From: Octopus vulgaris
Taxonomy: Eukaryota
DNA length: 64,000 nt
Assembly: GCA_951406725.2 (NCBI GenBank)
Contig: OX597815.1
Location: 214,706,001 to 214,770,000, forward strand
Direction: 5' to 3'
This document shows positions 1 through 10,689 of this stretch, in pieces. The position numbers were made by a program, and so were the translations under genes. Each line of letters opens with the position of its first letter. The first letter of the stretch is position 1. The notes beneath the pieces are model-generated. The model searched no databases. It was not told the DNA's origin and saw only the letters and a list, made by a program, of their open reading frames with translations.

Positions 1-760
1 AAACTCCATAAGATGTACCCAGTGTAAGCTATGGATGCATAAGAGGTGCAGCAACATCAAGGGAAATTAACTGATAAGATAGCTTTCATGTGCGGCAGAT
101 GCACAGGGACAATAGACACCACAGATACTCAGAAAACAGATTCCATCACACTCCAGGGGAAGAAACTAGGAAGTAGTTGATAGTTTCCGCTACCTGGGTG
201 ACCAAGTTAGTAGTGGAGGTGAATGCTCAGAGAGTGTCACCACTAGAATACGAATAGCCTGGGCAAGGTTTAGAAAGCTCCTACCCCTACTGGCGACAAA
301 GGGTCTCTCGCTCAGAGTTAAAGGTAGATTGTATGACGCATGTGTGCAAACTGCCATGCTTCACGGTAGTGAAACATGGGCTGTGACTGCAGAGGACATG
401 CTTAGACTTGAAAGAAATGAAGCTAGCATGATCCGCTGGATGTGTAATGCCAGTGTGTGCGCACGACAGAGGGTAAGCACCCTGAGAGAAATGCTGGACA
501 TAAGAAGCATCAGATGTGGTGTACAAGAGCGACGCTTTCGATGGTATGGTCATGTACTGCGGATGGATGAGGAGAGATGTGTGAAGAAGTGCCTCTCCCA
601 AACAGTTGAAGGTATCAGGGGGAGAGGTAGACCCAGGAAGACATGGGATGAGGTAGTCAAGCATGACCTCAGAGCGTTGGGCCTCACAGAGGCAATGGCG
701 AAGGACCGAGATCTCTGGAGATATGCTGTGACTGCAAAGACCCGGGCTGCCCATTCAAAG
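1..760 (+). mobile_element. RTE-clade LINE, 3' part of RT and C-terminal domain (frameshifted, 5' end outside window)
   Basis: Translates, with two compensating frameshifts near 64 and 169, as NSIRCTQCKLWMHKRC...FMCGRC...EVVDSFRYLGDQVSSGG...RIRIAWARFRKLLPLL...LYDACVQTAMLHGSETWA...RWYGHVLRM...GRGRPRKTWDEVV. These are typical RTE post-RT motifs (ORF 329-820). Confidence 0.9.
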
Positions 761-854
761 TACCTTGGATTCCAGAACATCCCGCTGTGCTTGAGGAGAC
801 CTTTTGAGTCAAGTACATGAACATCGAAAATAAATATCAATGGAAATAGTAGAT

Positions 855-1156
855 GTGGTACCTGTGCCGGTGGCACATAAAAAGCACCATCCGTACGTGG
901 CCGATGCCAGCGCCACCTCGACTGGCTTCTGTGCCGGTGGCACATAAAAAGCACCATCTGAACGTGACCGATGCCAGTGCCACCTTGGCTGGCTTCCGTG
1001 CCGTTGGCACGTTAAAAGCACCAACCGATCATGACCGATGCCAGACTCCACTGGCACCTGTGCCGGTGGCACGTAAAAGGCACCCACTACACTCGTGGAG
1101 TAGTTGGCGTTAGGAAGGGCATCCAGCTGTAGAAACACTGCCAGATCAGACTGGCA
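855..1156 (+). repeat. RTE-associated 3' region: four tandem ~62-67 bp units followed by the TTGGCGTTAGGAAGGGCATCCAGCTGTAGAAAC module
   Basis: Units begin GTGCCGGTGGCAC(A/G)TAAAA at ~865, 931, 998 and 1060. The same module recurs at ~9605, 11713, 18895, 22512, 22764, 24953 and 40936, often ending in GCATGGAAAACGGACGTTAAA(C/T)GAT(GAT)n. Confidence 0.75.
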
Positions 1157-1159
1157 GAT

Positions 1160-1264
1160 TAACATTGTGGAGTAAGTGTGAGAGGCCAAATCTGACCAGT
1201 TCTAACATAAACCAGTTAGAATATTTTGGTCAGATATATCCAGTTAAAATGTTAAAAGGTTAAG
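1160..1264 (+). mobile_element. partial piggyBac-type MITE (3' half of the element at 39253-39471)
   Basis: Aligns by eye to 39373-39475 and ends GTTAAAAGG-TTAA. Confidence 0.55.
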
Positions 1265-2208
1265 ACTCAAAGCAGGATAGAAATAATCTATCAATACATT
1301 GGATAATTTCGAATTTGCAAAACACAAGAGGTGGATATTCACGTAATTGATTTGAACTATATTTTCTTCCATAATTTTCTTGTTGCTTAAACTAGTACCA
1401 CATTCAAACACACAGGTCTATGTCCCTATATGTGCGTGTAAATATTTCTAAATTTTTTTTAAAGCCAAATCAATGCTAGTTAAAACAAATAATATAAATC
1501 AAGGATTTGTACTTCTACCTTGTGTTTTGATATTTTGAGGTTAGGACCCTTCTTCAGGAAATCTTCAGAGATATGGTGTCGTGAGTTAAGAAACATGCAC
1601 ATACAATTTTGTGATTTGAATAACAATTATTCATTTTTTTTTTCACAGATAAAGAGGTGGTGTGGGGTGGGGAAAGGGGCTGTTCTCCTACTGAATGAGC
1701 TATGAACTCATGAAGCATGTCAAGACATTTTTTACTTTCCCCTGATATAGAGAATAACGTATTTACATCTGATGAAGTCCAACTCTAAAAGCTTTTCAAA
1801 GCTGTCGTTTAACTAGAAATTCACCCAGTTTTATACATATGTATTTATTTCCCATGCACACAAATGTATATGTGTATATTTATATATACATATATACATA
1901 TTTGTGCATCTGTGTGTGTGTGTGTGTGCACGTTTCTGAATTATGAGATGTGGTTCCGATTAATCCTTCTCCAATCTCTTTCTATGTTTGGCTTTAGATT
2001 TATTGATTAAGTAAATTGTAGTTTTTAATCCCAGCAGTTTACACTTACTTATGTCTGAGATTAAAGACAAAATAGAAAATTAATCTGTGTTAATGGCTGC
2101 AGATGGCATATCTGAGTAGCTGAAATAGTGTCTATCATCTAGATTATAAAATGTATGTTTTTCATGGGCACTCTCTCTCTCTCTCTTTCTCTCTTCCCCC
2201 TCTCTCTC

Positions 2209-2257
<49 letters not shown>

Positions 2258-2434
2258 GTGTGCATGTATATGAGTTTCCAGTATTAAGACATATACATAG
2301 ATCACAGGATACATCCAAATTAATCTTAGCAGGGTATTTTCCGTCAGTAGTTCACTCAACAAATGTTCATATGAATTATTTGTGGCCAGATGAAAACTAG
2401 AAAAGAAGTTTTATTTGTGTGTGTGTGTGTGTGT

Positions 2435-2755
2435 AGGCATGGCTGTGTGGTTTTGGATTCAGTCCTACTGCATGGTACCTTTGACAAGTGTCTTTACTTT
2501 AGCATCAGGCTGACCAAAGCCTTGTGAGTGTATTAGGTAGGTGGAAGCTGAAAGAAACCTGTCACATCCATGCATATGTCTGTGTGTGTTTGTGTTTGTC
2601 CCTACCACCACTTGACAACTGGTAACTTAGCAGTTTGGCAAAACAGATTGATAGAATAAGTAATAGGCTTAAAAAGACTAAGTGCTGAGGTTGATTCATT
2701 CGACTAAAAATTCTTCAATGCAGTGTCGCAGTATGGCTGAAATAAGTAAAATATA
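2435..2755 (+). mobile_element. tRNA-derived SINE, family A (OK-like), diverged
   Basis: GGCTGTGTGG...CAGTCCTACTGCATGGTACCTT...GACCAAAGCCTTGTGAGTG...ATAGAATAAGTA matches the family A consensus. Confidence 0.75.
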
Positions 2756-3401
2756 AAAGATCTACTATAATGTGTTTTTCTCCATCACAACAAATAAATG
2801 AGAAAGGAAGGGATGATAATTGAATAAAGAAAGAAGGAAGGGGTGATGGCAAACTGGTAATGGGATGGTGAAAATTCTATAGTGGAAACAGAAATCAAAC
2901 AGCGTTTCAACTCTGTGCGAAGATATGTGTGTGTATGTAAAAGGGAGGCATGTGAATGTTGTGTGTGTGTGTGTGTGTGCAATGGAAGTGGGATGGTGAA
3001 TAGTCAACACTGAAAAGAAAAATCAAACAGTGTTTCAACTCTGTGTGAGTATATGTGTGTATGTGTGTACATGTACAAGGGAAGTATGTGAATATTTGTA
3101 TGCATGAACCAGTGTTCTTTCAGTAACAAACAGTGATTGATGTCACATCTCAAAAGACAACCACTAGGTAGCATTGACAAGGGTATTAATTTGATTTACC
3201 ATTGATATTCTATCTGTTATATTAAAAATAATTATTACACTCACACACACACACTTTCACAAATATATACACATACAAACTCATTAGAGAAAATAATTAT
3301 TGCCTGACTGTATCAAGAATATAAAACGACTGCAGTTGAAAGATAAATCATAAATTTGGTAATAAAAGAATTATTAAACTAAAAACTTGGTTTTGTACCT
3401 G

Positions 3402-3725
3402 ATTACCTCTGCTAAGGCAGAGGTATTGTATTCAGCCGTGTTTGTTTGTTTGTTTGTCTCTGGACAAGATATCGCAAGAACCACTGCATGGATTTAAATG
3501 AAACTTTTGTGACTGGCACAAAGTGATTAGGTTTTGGGATTGATCCCATACTGGACAAGGATTCTGGATTATTTTTCCTGTTTATTTGCTTAATTTTTAG
3601 AGTAGTTGGGTTCATTTTTAGTATTCTTGTTTGTAAGAGCAGTTGAGTTTATTTCAGATAATATTCTCATTTTAAAAATCATCTCTGGCTAATCATTGAG
3701 AGGACATTGGTGTTGCCTTTTGATG
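3402..3725 (+). mobile_element. Helentron-associated (HINE/DINE-1-like) non-autonomous element
   Basis: 5' hairpin TACCTCTGC-TAAG-GCAGAGGTA, then a (GTTT)n microsatellite, then AACCACTGCATGGATTTAAATGAAACTT. The 3' boundary is uncertain. Confidence 0.6.
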
Positions 3726-4272
3726 GCAAGGGCCAGCTAGTATATATGATAATATTGAACAGTAAAATGAGTACACACAACTGCATTTGATGGATAAATA
3801 TTCTTTATTTGTGCATTAATAAGGCTACCAATGGTTTTATGTGGTATTAATTTCCACAATTCTCTAATGATCCTCTTAAAAATTATGATTATCACCTCCA
3901 TTTTGAATGAGAAAACATGAGACAATGTAAAATGAATACATAGATGAGAAGAGGCAACATTATATGTATGTATGATTTTTCCTTGAGTTTTATTTAAGTT
4001 CTTGAGAAAGTTCAACCAGTCACTAACAAAGTGACAAAACTTGTTAAGGGAGTTCATGGTGTTTGTAAAAATGTGGTTGAGTTGGTATGTTAGTTTAATT
4101 CAGAAGTTACAACTGATACATAGAGGTCTTACTAACATCTCTCTTGCCAACGAATTACCTGTGCCTTTGATGCTTTCAAAACCATGCAGAATAAGGGATC
4201 CTTTATTTGAGAAACAGATAAGGATTAGCAACAAGAAGGAGAGCCAACTGTAAAACAATTCCACAATAACGT

Positions 4273-4685
4273 AGGCATAGGAGTGGCTGTGTAGTAAGTA
4301 GCTTGCTTACCAACTTCATGGTTCCGGGTTCAGTCCCACTGTGTGACACCGTGGGGCAGTGTCTTCTACTATAGCCTCGGGCCAACCAAAGCCTTGTGAG
4401 TGGATTTGGTAGACAGAAACTGAAAGAAGCCAGTAGTATATATGTATATGTATATATGTATGTGTGTATATGTTTGTGTGCCTGTGTTTGTCCCCCCCCC
4501 CCAACATCGCTTGACAACCGATGCTGGTGTGTTTACATCCCCCGTAACTTAGCAGTTCGGCAAAAGAGACTGATAGAATAAGTACTAGGCTTACAAAAAA
4601 TAAGTCCTGAGGTCGATTTGCTTGACTAAAAAAGGCAGTGCTCCAGCATGGCCACAGTCAAATGACTGAAACTAGTAAAAGAGTA
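4273..4685 (+). mobile_element. tRNA-derived SINE, family A (OK-like), full length
   Basis: A-box-like TGGCTGTGTAGT, B-box-like GGTTCAGTCCC, internal (TATG/TG)n, and 3' end CTCCAGCATGGCCACAGTCAAATGACTGAAAC..GTAAAAGAG. Confidence 0.9.
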
Positions 4686-5134
4686 ACATTCATCTAATCC
4701 ATGCTAGCATGGAAAAAATAAATACCAGACGTAAAACAAACAAACAAAATCAAACACAAACTAAAATATTTGTTTCAGTAATGGTTAATTTGCATATCAT
4801 GCATTTGTTAACGACACGATTAAATAAATAATGAATATTCATGCAAAACATTGTGTATTTGGAAGTGCAAGTCAAACCAATAAACATAATCTTTTGTCCA
4901 TTCAAATGTACAAATACCTATTTATAGTAGATTACACTATTGAACTTTAATACTTCTGTGAAAGTAGTGGGGATTTTTTTTCTTGCTTGATTTTGCAGCT
5001 CTCAATCCAGTTGTAATTCAGGTGAAGTGACATTAAAATAAGCAACTTCTGATATTGGCTGCAAGTTATAATTATGTTATTCTCTACACTCAGTAGTCAA
5101 ATGTTTGGGTTAGACTTCTTTTCCTTTGATCTTT

Positions 5135-5574
5135 CTATTACTTGTTTCAGTCTTTGGACTGCAGCCACGTTGGGGGTTCCGCTTTGAAGGGTTTTAGTTG
5201 AACAAATTCTTCCTCTTCTTTTTTGGTTTGCTTTATAATTTGATACTTATTCTATCAGCCCCCTTTTACTGAACTGCTAGGTTATGGGGACGTAATTACT
5301 GGTACATGAACAAACCAACTCTGGTTGCCAGATGGTCAGAGAGTAGGCGACAAACACAAACATAAAGATACAAACACATAGACACACACACACACATACA
5401 CACATGTACACTATCACACACATATATGTATGTATATATATATATATATGTATGGTAGCACACTTCTCACAAAAACATAGAGGTGGAGGTTCGAGTTTCA
5501 TGTGTACGGAAAACCCTACTTTTTTAAGGTGGTGCTCCGGCATGGCCACAGACAAATGCCTGAAACAAGTAAAA

Positions 5575-5614
<40 letters not shown>

Positions 5615-5785
5615 TTGATGGTCTTTCACAGAGTTTCAATCAACCAAATTCCTTCACAAAGTATTGATGGGCCCAAAGGTATAGTTGAAGGCTCTTGCTC
5701 AAGGTGGTCATGTTGAGGGATTGAATCTGACCTGAAGCCACATGGCTGCAAGGCAAACTTCTTAACCTAACAGCTATGCTTGCAC
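5135..5785 (-). mobile_element. two family A SINE remnants in minus orientation
   Basis: Reverse-complement matches such as CTTGTTTCAGTC, TACTTATTCTATC and CTTGCTCAAGGTGG. Confidence 0.65.
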
Positions 5786-6078
5786 TTCTGTGTCTAAAAT
5801 AACTTTCTCTGCATTCAGCTGTCACTATCTACTGCACCTGTAATGCACCTAACATAACAGTGCAGTGAAATAACCATCTTACAGTTACATTAAATACAAT
5901 TCATAATGATTCCACATGCTGTGTTGGTTAGATTTTTCTCTGCCCTGAAATCCACCTCCATCAACTGTGACATTTTTTTCAGCTTCCTTGACATCTCCGT
6001 CATAAGCTACAGCAACCAGCTTTCAACTTTTATACATTACAAACCTATAAAGACTCATTTCTACTTATTATTAATATT

Positions 6079-6259
6079 ATTGTGAAGTATATTTGCCACT
6101 TAAATGTGACTAACCCCTAAGGGTGGATGCGGCTGTAGCTTGTAGCCCCAGGAGGACACCTCCTCCGGCTGGCTATTGACACACTTTTGGGGCTACAAGC
6201 TACAGTAGCATCCACCCTAAGAGGTTAGCCACATTTAAGTGACAAATATACTTCACAAT
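6079..6259. repeat. ~72-bp inverted repeat (fold-back)
   Basis: ATTGTGAAGTATATTTGCCACTTAAATGTG...GTAGCCCCA (6079-6150) pairs with TGGGGCTAC...CACATTTAAGTGACAAATATACTTCACAAT (6188-6259), with a few mismatches. Confidence 0.9.
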
Positions 6260-6340
6260 GTCGTGCAGCTTCTGTTTATACTTCACTCAGAGATTTATTA
6301 TTGATTATTATCATCATCATTATCATTATCATTACTATTA

Positions 6341-6630
6341 GTGAGGGCACATGGCTTAGTGGTTAGGGTGTTGCACTTGCAATCTAGCAATCATGATTTC
6401 AACTCCTGGACTGGGTGGTACGTTGTGTTCTCGAACATAAACCACTTCTTCATCTCATGTTGCTCTGTGATCACTTTGACACTTGACACATGGTTTACCG
6501 TGCACCTGTTCAATGTTGATTTAATGGAGGCTGTGAGTTTAATGTGCAGCATGAACTCTCGATCCCTATAAAGAAATCCTCTCTACAGGTTGTTCAGCAA
6601 AAGCTGAATGCTCATACGTTGTCTTCAATG
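6341..6630 (+). mobile_element. tRNA-derived SINE, family B (OR-like)
   Basis: TGGCTTAGTGGTTAGGGTG A-box and a degenerate B-box; same head as the copies at 10144, 41048 and 53685. Confidence 0.65.
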
Positions 6631-6950
6631 GGAGAGTCCATCATGATTATTATTATGATTAGGGTAGTAATCTGGCAGAATCATTGGGGTATTGAACACA
6701 ATGATTGGAAGCATTTCATTCAGCTCATTCTGTTCTGAATATTCAAATCATGCCAAGGTCAATTTTGTTTTTCATCCTTTCGGGACTGGTAAAATAAGGA
6801 CCAGTTTAGTACTAAGATCAATGTAATCAATTTGCCCCAGTATGCTCCTAAAATTGCTGGCCTTGTGCCAAAATTTGAAACAATGGCAGTGAGCTGGTAG
6901 AATTGCTAGCATGCTGGACAAAATACTTGGTGGCCCTTCTTCTAGCCTTA

Positions 6951-7256
6951 CAGTTCTATATTTATTTATATATTTAACCACTACGCCATATGCCCGTGGG
7001 CATATGGCGTAGTGGTTAAGAACGTGGGCTACTAACCCCAAGATTCCATGTTCGATTCCAAGCAGTGGCCTGAACAATAACAACAACAACAATAATAATA
7101 ATAAAAACATCGAAAAAACCTTAGAAATGAGAACCCCAGTTCAAAATTTCCCCAAGACACCTGAAGAAGGCTGGAGGGTATATCAGCCAAAACGTTGTGT
7201 AAACAACAAACAAGATGAGGACAAATATCCGTCGAATGTAAATAATGTAAATAATA
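6951..7256 (+). mobile_element. Penelope-like element terminal fragment: tRNA-like head, (AAC/AAT)n, hammerhead; 5' end folded back
   Basis: Perfect 22-bp hairpin at 6974-7019; A-box TGGCGTAGTGG; B-box GTTCGATTCC at 7050-7059. Homologous to both ends of the PLE at 36250-37790. TSD CTAGCCTTAC. Confidence 0.8.
7156..7201 (+). ncRNA. minimal type I hammerhead ribozyme motif, G12>A inactivated
   Basis: GACAC-CTGAAGA-A-GGCTG..CAGCC-AAAA-CG-TT-GTGT: helix I GACAC/GTGT, helix II GGCTG/CAGCC, palindromic AACGTT helix III. Confidence 0.7.
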
Positions 7257-7555
7257 CTAGCCTTACGTTCTGAGTTCAATTTCTGCCAAGGCCAACTTTG
7301 ACTTCCTTCCATTTGAGGTCAACAAGTTGAGTACTGAAGTTGATATTATTGACTGGCTGTCTCCCTACTAATTTCAAGCTTTTGCCTATAGTAGAACAAG
7401 TTAATATTATTATGACGGCAGTGGTTTGACAAAGTTGTTACATTGAACAAAATGCTTTGTAGTATTTCTTCCAGATCTTTACATTCTTTGTTCTTGTCCC
7501 ATTGAGGTGAACTTTGCCTTTCATCACTATAGGGTTAATAAAATGAAGCTATCAG

Positions 7556-7953
7556 GTGTAGGAGTGGCTGTGTGGTAAGTAGCTTGCTTACTAACCACAT
7601 GGTTCCGTATTCAGTCACACTACATGGAACCTTGAGCAAGTGTCTTCTACTATAGCCTTGGGCCGACCAAAGCCTTGTGAGTGGATTTGGTAGATGGAAA
7701 CTGAAAGGAGCCTGCCATATATATGTATGTATATATGTGTGTGTTTATATGTTTGTGTGTTTGTGTTTGTCCCTCCAACATTGCTTGACAACCGATGCTG
7801 GTGTTTACGTCTCTGTAACTTAGCGGTTCAGCATAAGAGACCAATAGAATAAGTACTAGACTTACAAAGAATAAGTCCTGGGGGTCGATTTGCTCAACTA
7901 AAGGTGATGCTCCAGCATGGCCACAGTCAAATGACTGAAACAAGTAAAAGAGT
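7556..7953 (+). mobile_element. SINE family A, full length
   Basis: Colinear with 4273-4685. Confidence 0.9.
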
Positions 7954-8941
7954 CAAGTACTAGAGTCAATTTCAATCCTCCACATGACACATGAACTTAT
8001 TCTATTTTACAAACTTTATATATATATATTTTTTTATGCTGACCACATACCCTCGTGGGGTCTTTGTGGAATCAGAGCAAAGATTGATCCTTTGTTAATA
8101 GGCTGTAGATATGAAAATGCAGACCAACTGAGTGGATAGTTTATTGGACTTCCAGCTCAAAAGGTTATGAGCTCATATCAACTGCACATATTTCATAGAA
8201 CCTTTCTAACAGTTGGGAACTACTACTATATCTTTCTGAGAATATTATTTATGGCATCCTGGTGTTCTATTCAAGGGAACAATCATTGTATCTGTATGCA
8301 GCTTAGTGTTGCTTATTGTGAAATTGCATGACTCATGCCTTGGTCTATTCAATTTTCAACTATTACATCATTCACAAATATTGGCTGAGCCATTGCACTT
8401 GTAATAATACCAGATATCAGTACAACTTTTTATTCAAATTTGAACCCCTTGTCAAATCATTACTAGAAATATATTAAATCAAAATCCCATTTTTTTAAGG
8501 CTTAGTCAGAAGAAGGACAGTACCTGTGGCCCTTTGCAGAGATTCTGCGAATGGTGGAAGGAAGGGAGGTAGTTATCCTTACAACAGCCACCTTGCTTGA
8601 ATTCTTCTAACAGGGTACACTTCATTTAAAGGTACCCCTGGTGGGATGGAATTTTTTTACACTAGACGATGGACTAAGTTTGCCACTCAAAACTTTTTCG
8701 ACTATTGGCTGATTTCCTGTCTATCTGTTAACAGATGTTAAGCTTTGATAAATTCAGCTATGTTTATTTTGTCATCTAATGCCAACAAACACATTTTGAT
8801 CTTTGTTTTAAGTCCAGAGATTGTCTTTGATAGCTCGTAATATTTTTAACTTTTTAAAAATATTTGACTTGTGTGTGTTCATGTTTGTGAAATTTACATT
8901 TATTCATATAATGAGGAACAATATTTTTTTAGTTCCCTTTT

Positions 8942-9297
8942 ATATGAGGGGATGCTGAAAAGTTCCTGGCTTTGAGTAAAAGAAAATACAGAAAGATCAG
9001 TTTATTCTGTTGTGCCTGGGGAGAGTCATTTTCTTTTTGTGCCTTATGATTTAACACACTCAGTGGTAAAATTTCCACTTATCTCTTATTTTCATTTTCC
9101 TAAAATTTTCGTTGCGTCTTGCAAACTTTTCACACAACAGAATATGCTTCAACACAGGAACTCAGTTCAGATTCACACATTTATGGCAGCAGTCCTTCAG
9201 TTTTTCTAAGCCCTGCAACAGGACTCAGTATGTCAAGCCTCCAACTAGGCTTTTCATGATACCCTTAAAGCTAGGAACTTTTCAGTACCACCTTATA
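8942..9297. mobile_element. mariner-type MITE with an internal insertion
   Basis: Terminal inverted repeats TATGAGGGGATGCTGAAAAGTTCCTGGCTTT and AAAGCTAGGAACTTTTCAGTACCACCTTATA, flanked by TA. Confidence 0.65.
9005..9124 (+). repeat. unclassified ~120-bp interspersed repeat, copy 1
   Basis: Near-identical to 13237-13354. Confidence 0.8.
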
Positions 9298-9656
9298 AGT
9301 TACCACACTTTTATTATCATTTACTTTCCTTCTTTCACGTCTTTAACTCTTTCAAAGCTATTATACAGATGATCAGGAGACTGCCCATGTGTTTCAGTTA
9401 GTTTCCAGTATAATCAAGATTTCAAATAGGGTTTCATGAAATACCTAGCTCTATGCATTAGTAAGAGCCATCCTCCACAGCAGAAGTCTTAATGCCACTC
9501 TCCTTGATGAAGTGGATTGTCCTGAAAAAGCCTTGTGCTGGTGCCACAGGAAGGTGCTCATGTCAAAGTCATGATAAAAGCACCCATCAAAAACTGCAAA
9601 GTGGTTGGCATTAGGAAGGGCATCCAGCCTGTAGAAACAAAGCCAAATTAGCCAAA

Positions 9657-9890
9657 GGTAGCGAGCTGGCAGAAACGTTAGCACGCCAGGCGAAATGTTT
9701 AGCTGGTATTTCGTCTGCCACTACGTTCTGAGTTCAAATTCCACCGATGTCAACTTTGCCTTTCATCCTTTCGGGGTTGATAAATTAAGTACCAGTTACG
9801 CACTGGGGTCAATGTAATCAACTTAATCCCTTTGTCTGTCCTTGTTTGTCCCATCTGTGTGTAGCCCTTTGTGGACAGTAAAGAAATAAG
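9657..9890 (+). mobile_element. SINE family C, full length
   Basis: GAGCTGGCAGAAACGTTAGCACGCC head, GAGTTCAAATTCC B-box, central GCCTTTCATCCTTTCGGGGTTGATAAATTAAGTACCAG domain. Other copies at ~6660, 7415, 17584, 39475, 40248 and 52308. Confidence 0.85.
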
Positions 9891-9921
9891 AAACAAAACC
9901 AAATCAGACTGAAACCTGGTG

Positions 9922-10006
9922 CAGCTCTCCTGCTTGCCAGCTCTCCTGCTTGCCAGCTCTCCTGCTTGCCAGCTCTCCTGCTTGCCAGCTCTCCTGCTTG
10001 CCAGCT
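9922..10006 (+). repeat. 16-bp minisatellite, 5 copies
   Basis: (CAGCTCTCCTGCTTGC)5 inside an RTE-tail-type element. Confidence 0.95.
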
Positions 10007-10143
10007 CCAGTCAAACTGTGAAACTCATGCAAGTATGGAAAACACATTCAAGGATCATAATAATGAGGATGATGATGATTATATATATATTTATATAAAT
10101 ATTTATATATATACGTATATATATATGTGTGTGTGTGTGTGTG

Positions 10144-10480
10144 TGAAGGCACGTGTTTCAGTGGTTAGAGCGTTGAGCTTATGATCGTGAGGTTGTGAGT
10201 TTGAATCCCGGACCGGGCTATGTGTTGTGTTCTTGAGCAAGACACTTTATTTCACGTTGCTCCAGTTCACTCAGCTGTAGAAATGAGTTGCGATGTCACT
10301 GATGCCAAGCCGTATTGGCCTTTACCTTCCTCTTGGATAACACTGGTGGCATGGAGAGGGGAGGCCGGTATGTATGGGCGACTGCTGGCCTTCCATAAAC
10401 AACCTTGCCTGGACTAGTGCCTGATAGGGTAACTTCCTAGGTGCAATCCCATGGTCAGTCATGACCGAAGAGGGTCTCAG
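10144..10480 (+). mobile_element. SINE family B (OR-like)
   Basis: CAGTGGTTAGAGCG A-box, GAGTTTGAATCCC B-box, CORE-like GTGTTCTTGAGCAAGACACTT, and 3' GGCATGGAGAGGGGAGGC...TGCAATCCCATGGTC. Confidence 0.85.
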
Positions 10481-10689
10481 CAACTCAGCAATATATATAT
10501 ATATATAAAAGTAAATAAATGGCACAACGAAGTACCAATATTTACTGGAAAATAGCGAACGTAATAAACACGACGCTAATGTATAGCTTCACTGCATATG
10601 TACTAGTAAAGATGCGTGTGTGCAACAAACATGAACATCTGAAAGATCTAGGAAGAACATCTGAAAAATGAAAAACCTAGAAACGGATA

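Larger units (their letters stand above)
6885..7400 (+). mobile_element. tRNA-derived SINE, family C, split by a PLE-derived insertion
   Basis: GAGCTGGTAGAATTGCTAGCATGCTGG head, resuming at 7258 as CTTACGTTCTGAGTTCAA. Direct repeat CTAGCCTTAC flanks the insert. Confidence 0.7.

Noticed and set aside
855-1085. CRISPR-like repeat/spacer appearance
   Set aside because: The spacers are homologous to one another, the context is eukaryotic retroelement DNA, and no cas genes are present.
1625-1700. Poly-T plus CAG acceptor-like site at ~1648
   Set aside because: No clear donor or coding frame follows; such tracts are common in this AT-rich DNA.
1290-1800. Possible hammerhead (CTGATGAAG at ~1769) and short inverted matches at ~1320/1515
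   Set aside because: No convincing GAAA/helix III/helix I partner could be assembled; too decayed to call.
7003-7075. Genuine tRNA gene
   Set aside because: A and B boxes are present, but there is no complete acceptor stem, and it is embedded in a PLE-derived repeat. All other tRNA-like heads belong to SINEs.
8040-8480. Non-repetitive stretch that might be an exon or LINE relic
   Set aside because: The plus-strand frames I translated are interrupted by stops with no recognisable motif, and the ORF track reports nothing on either strand.
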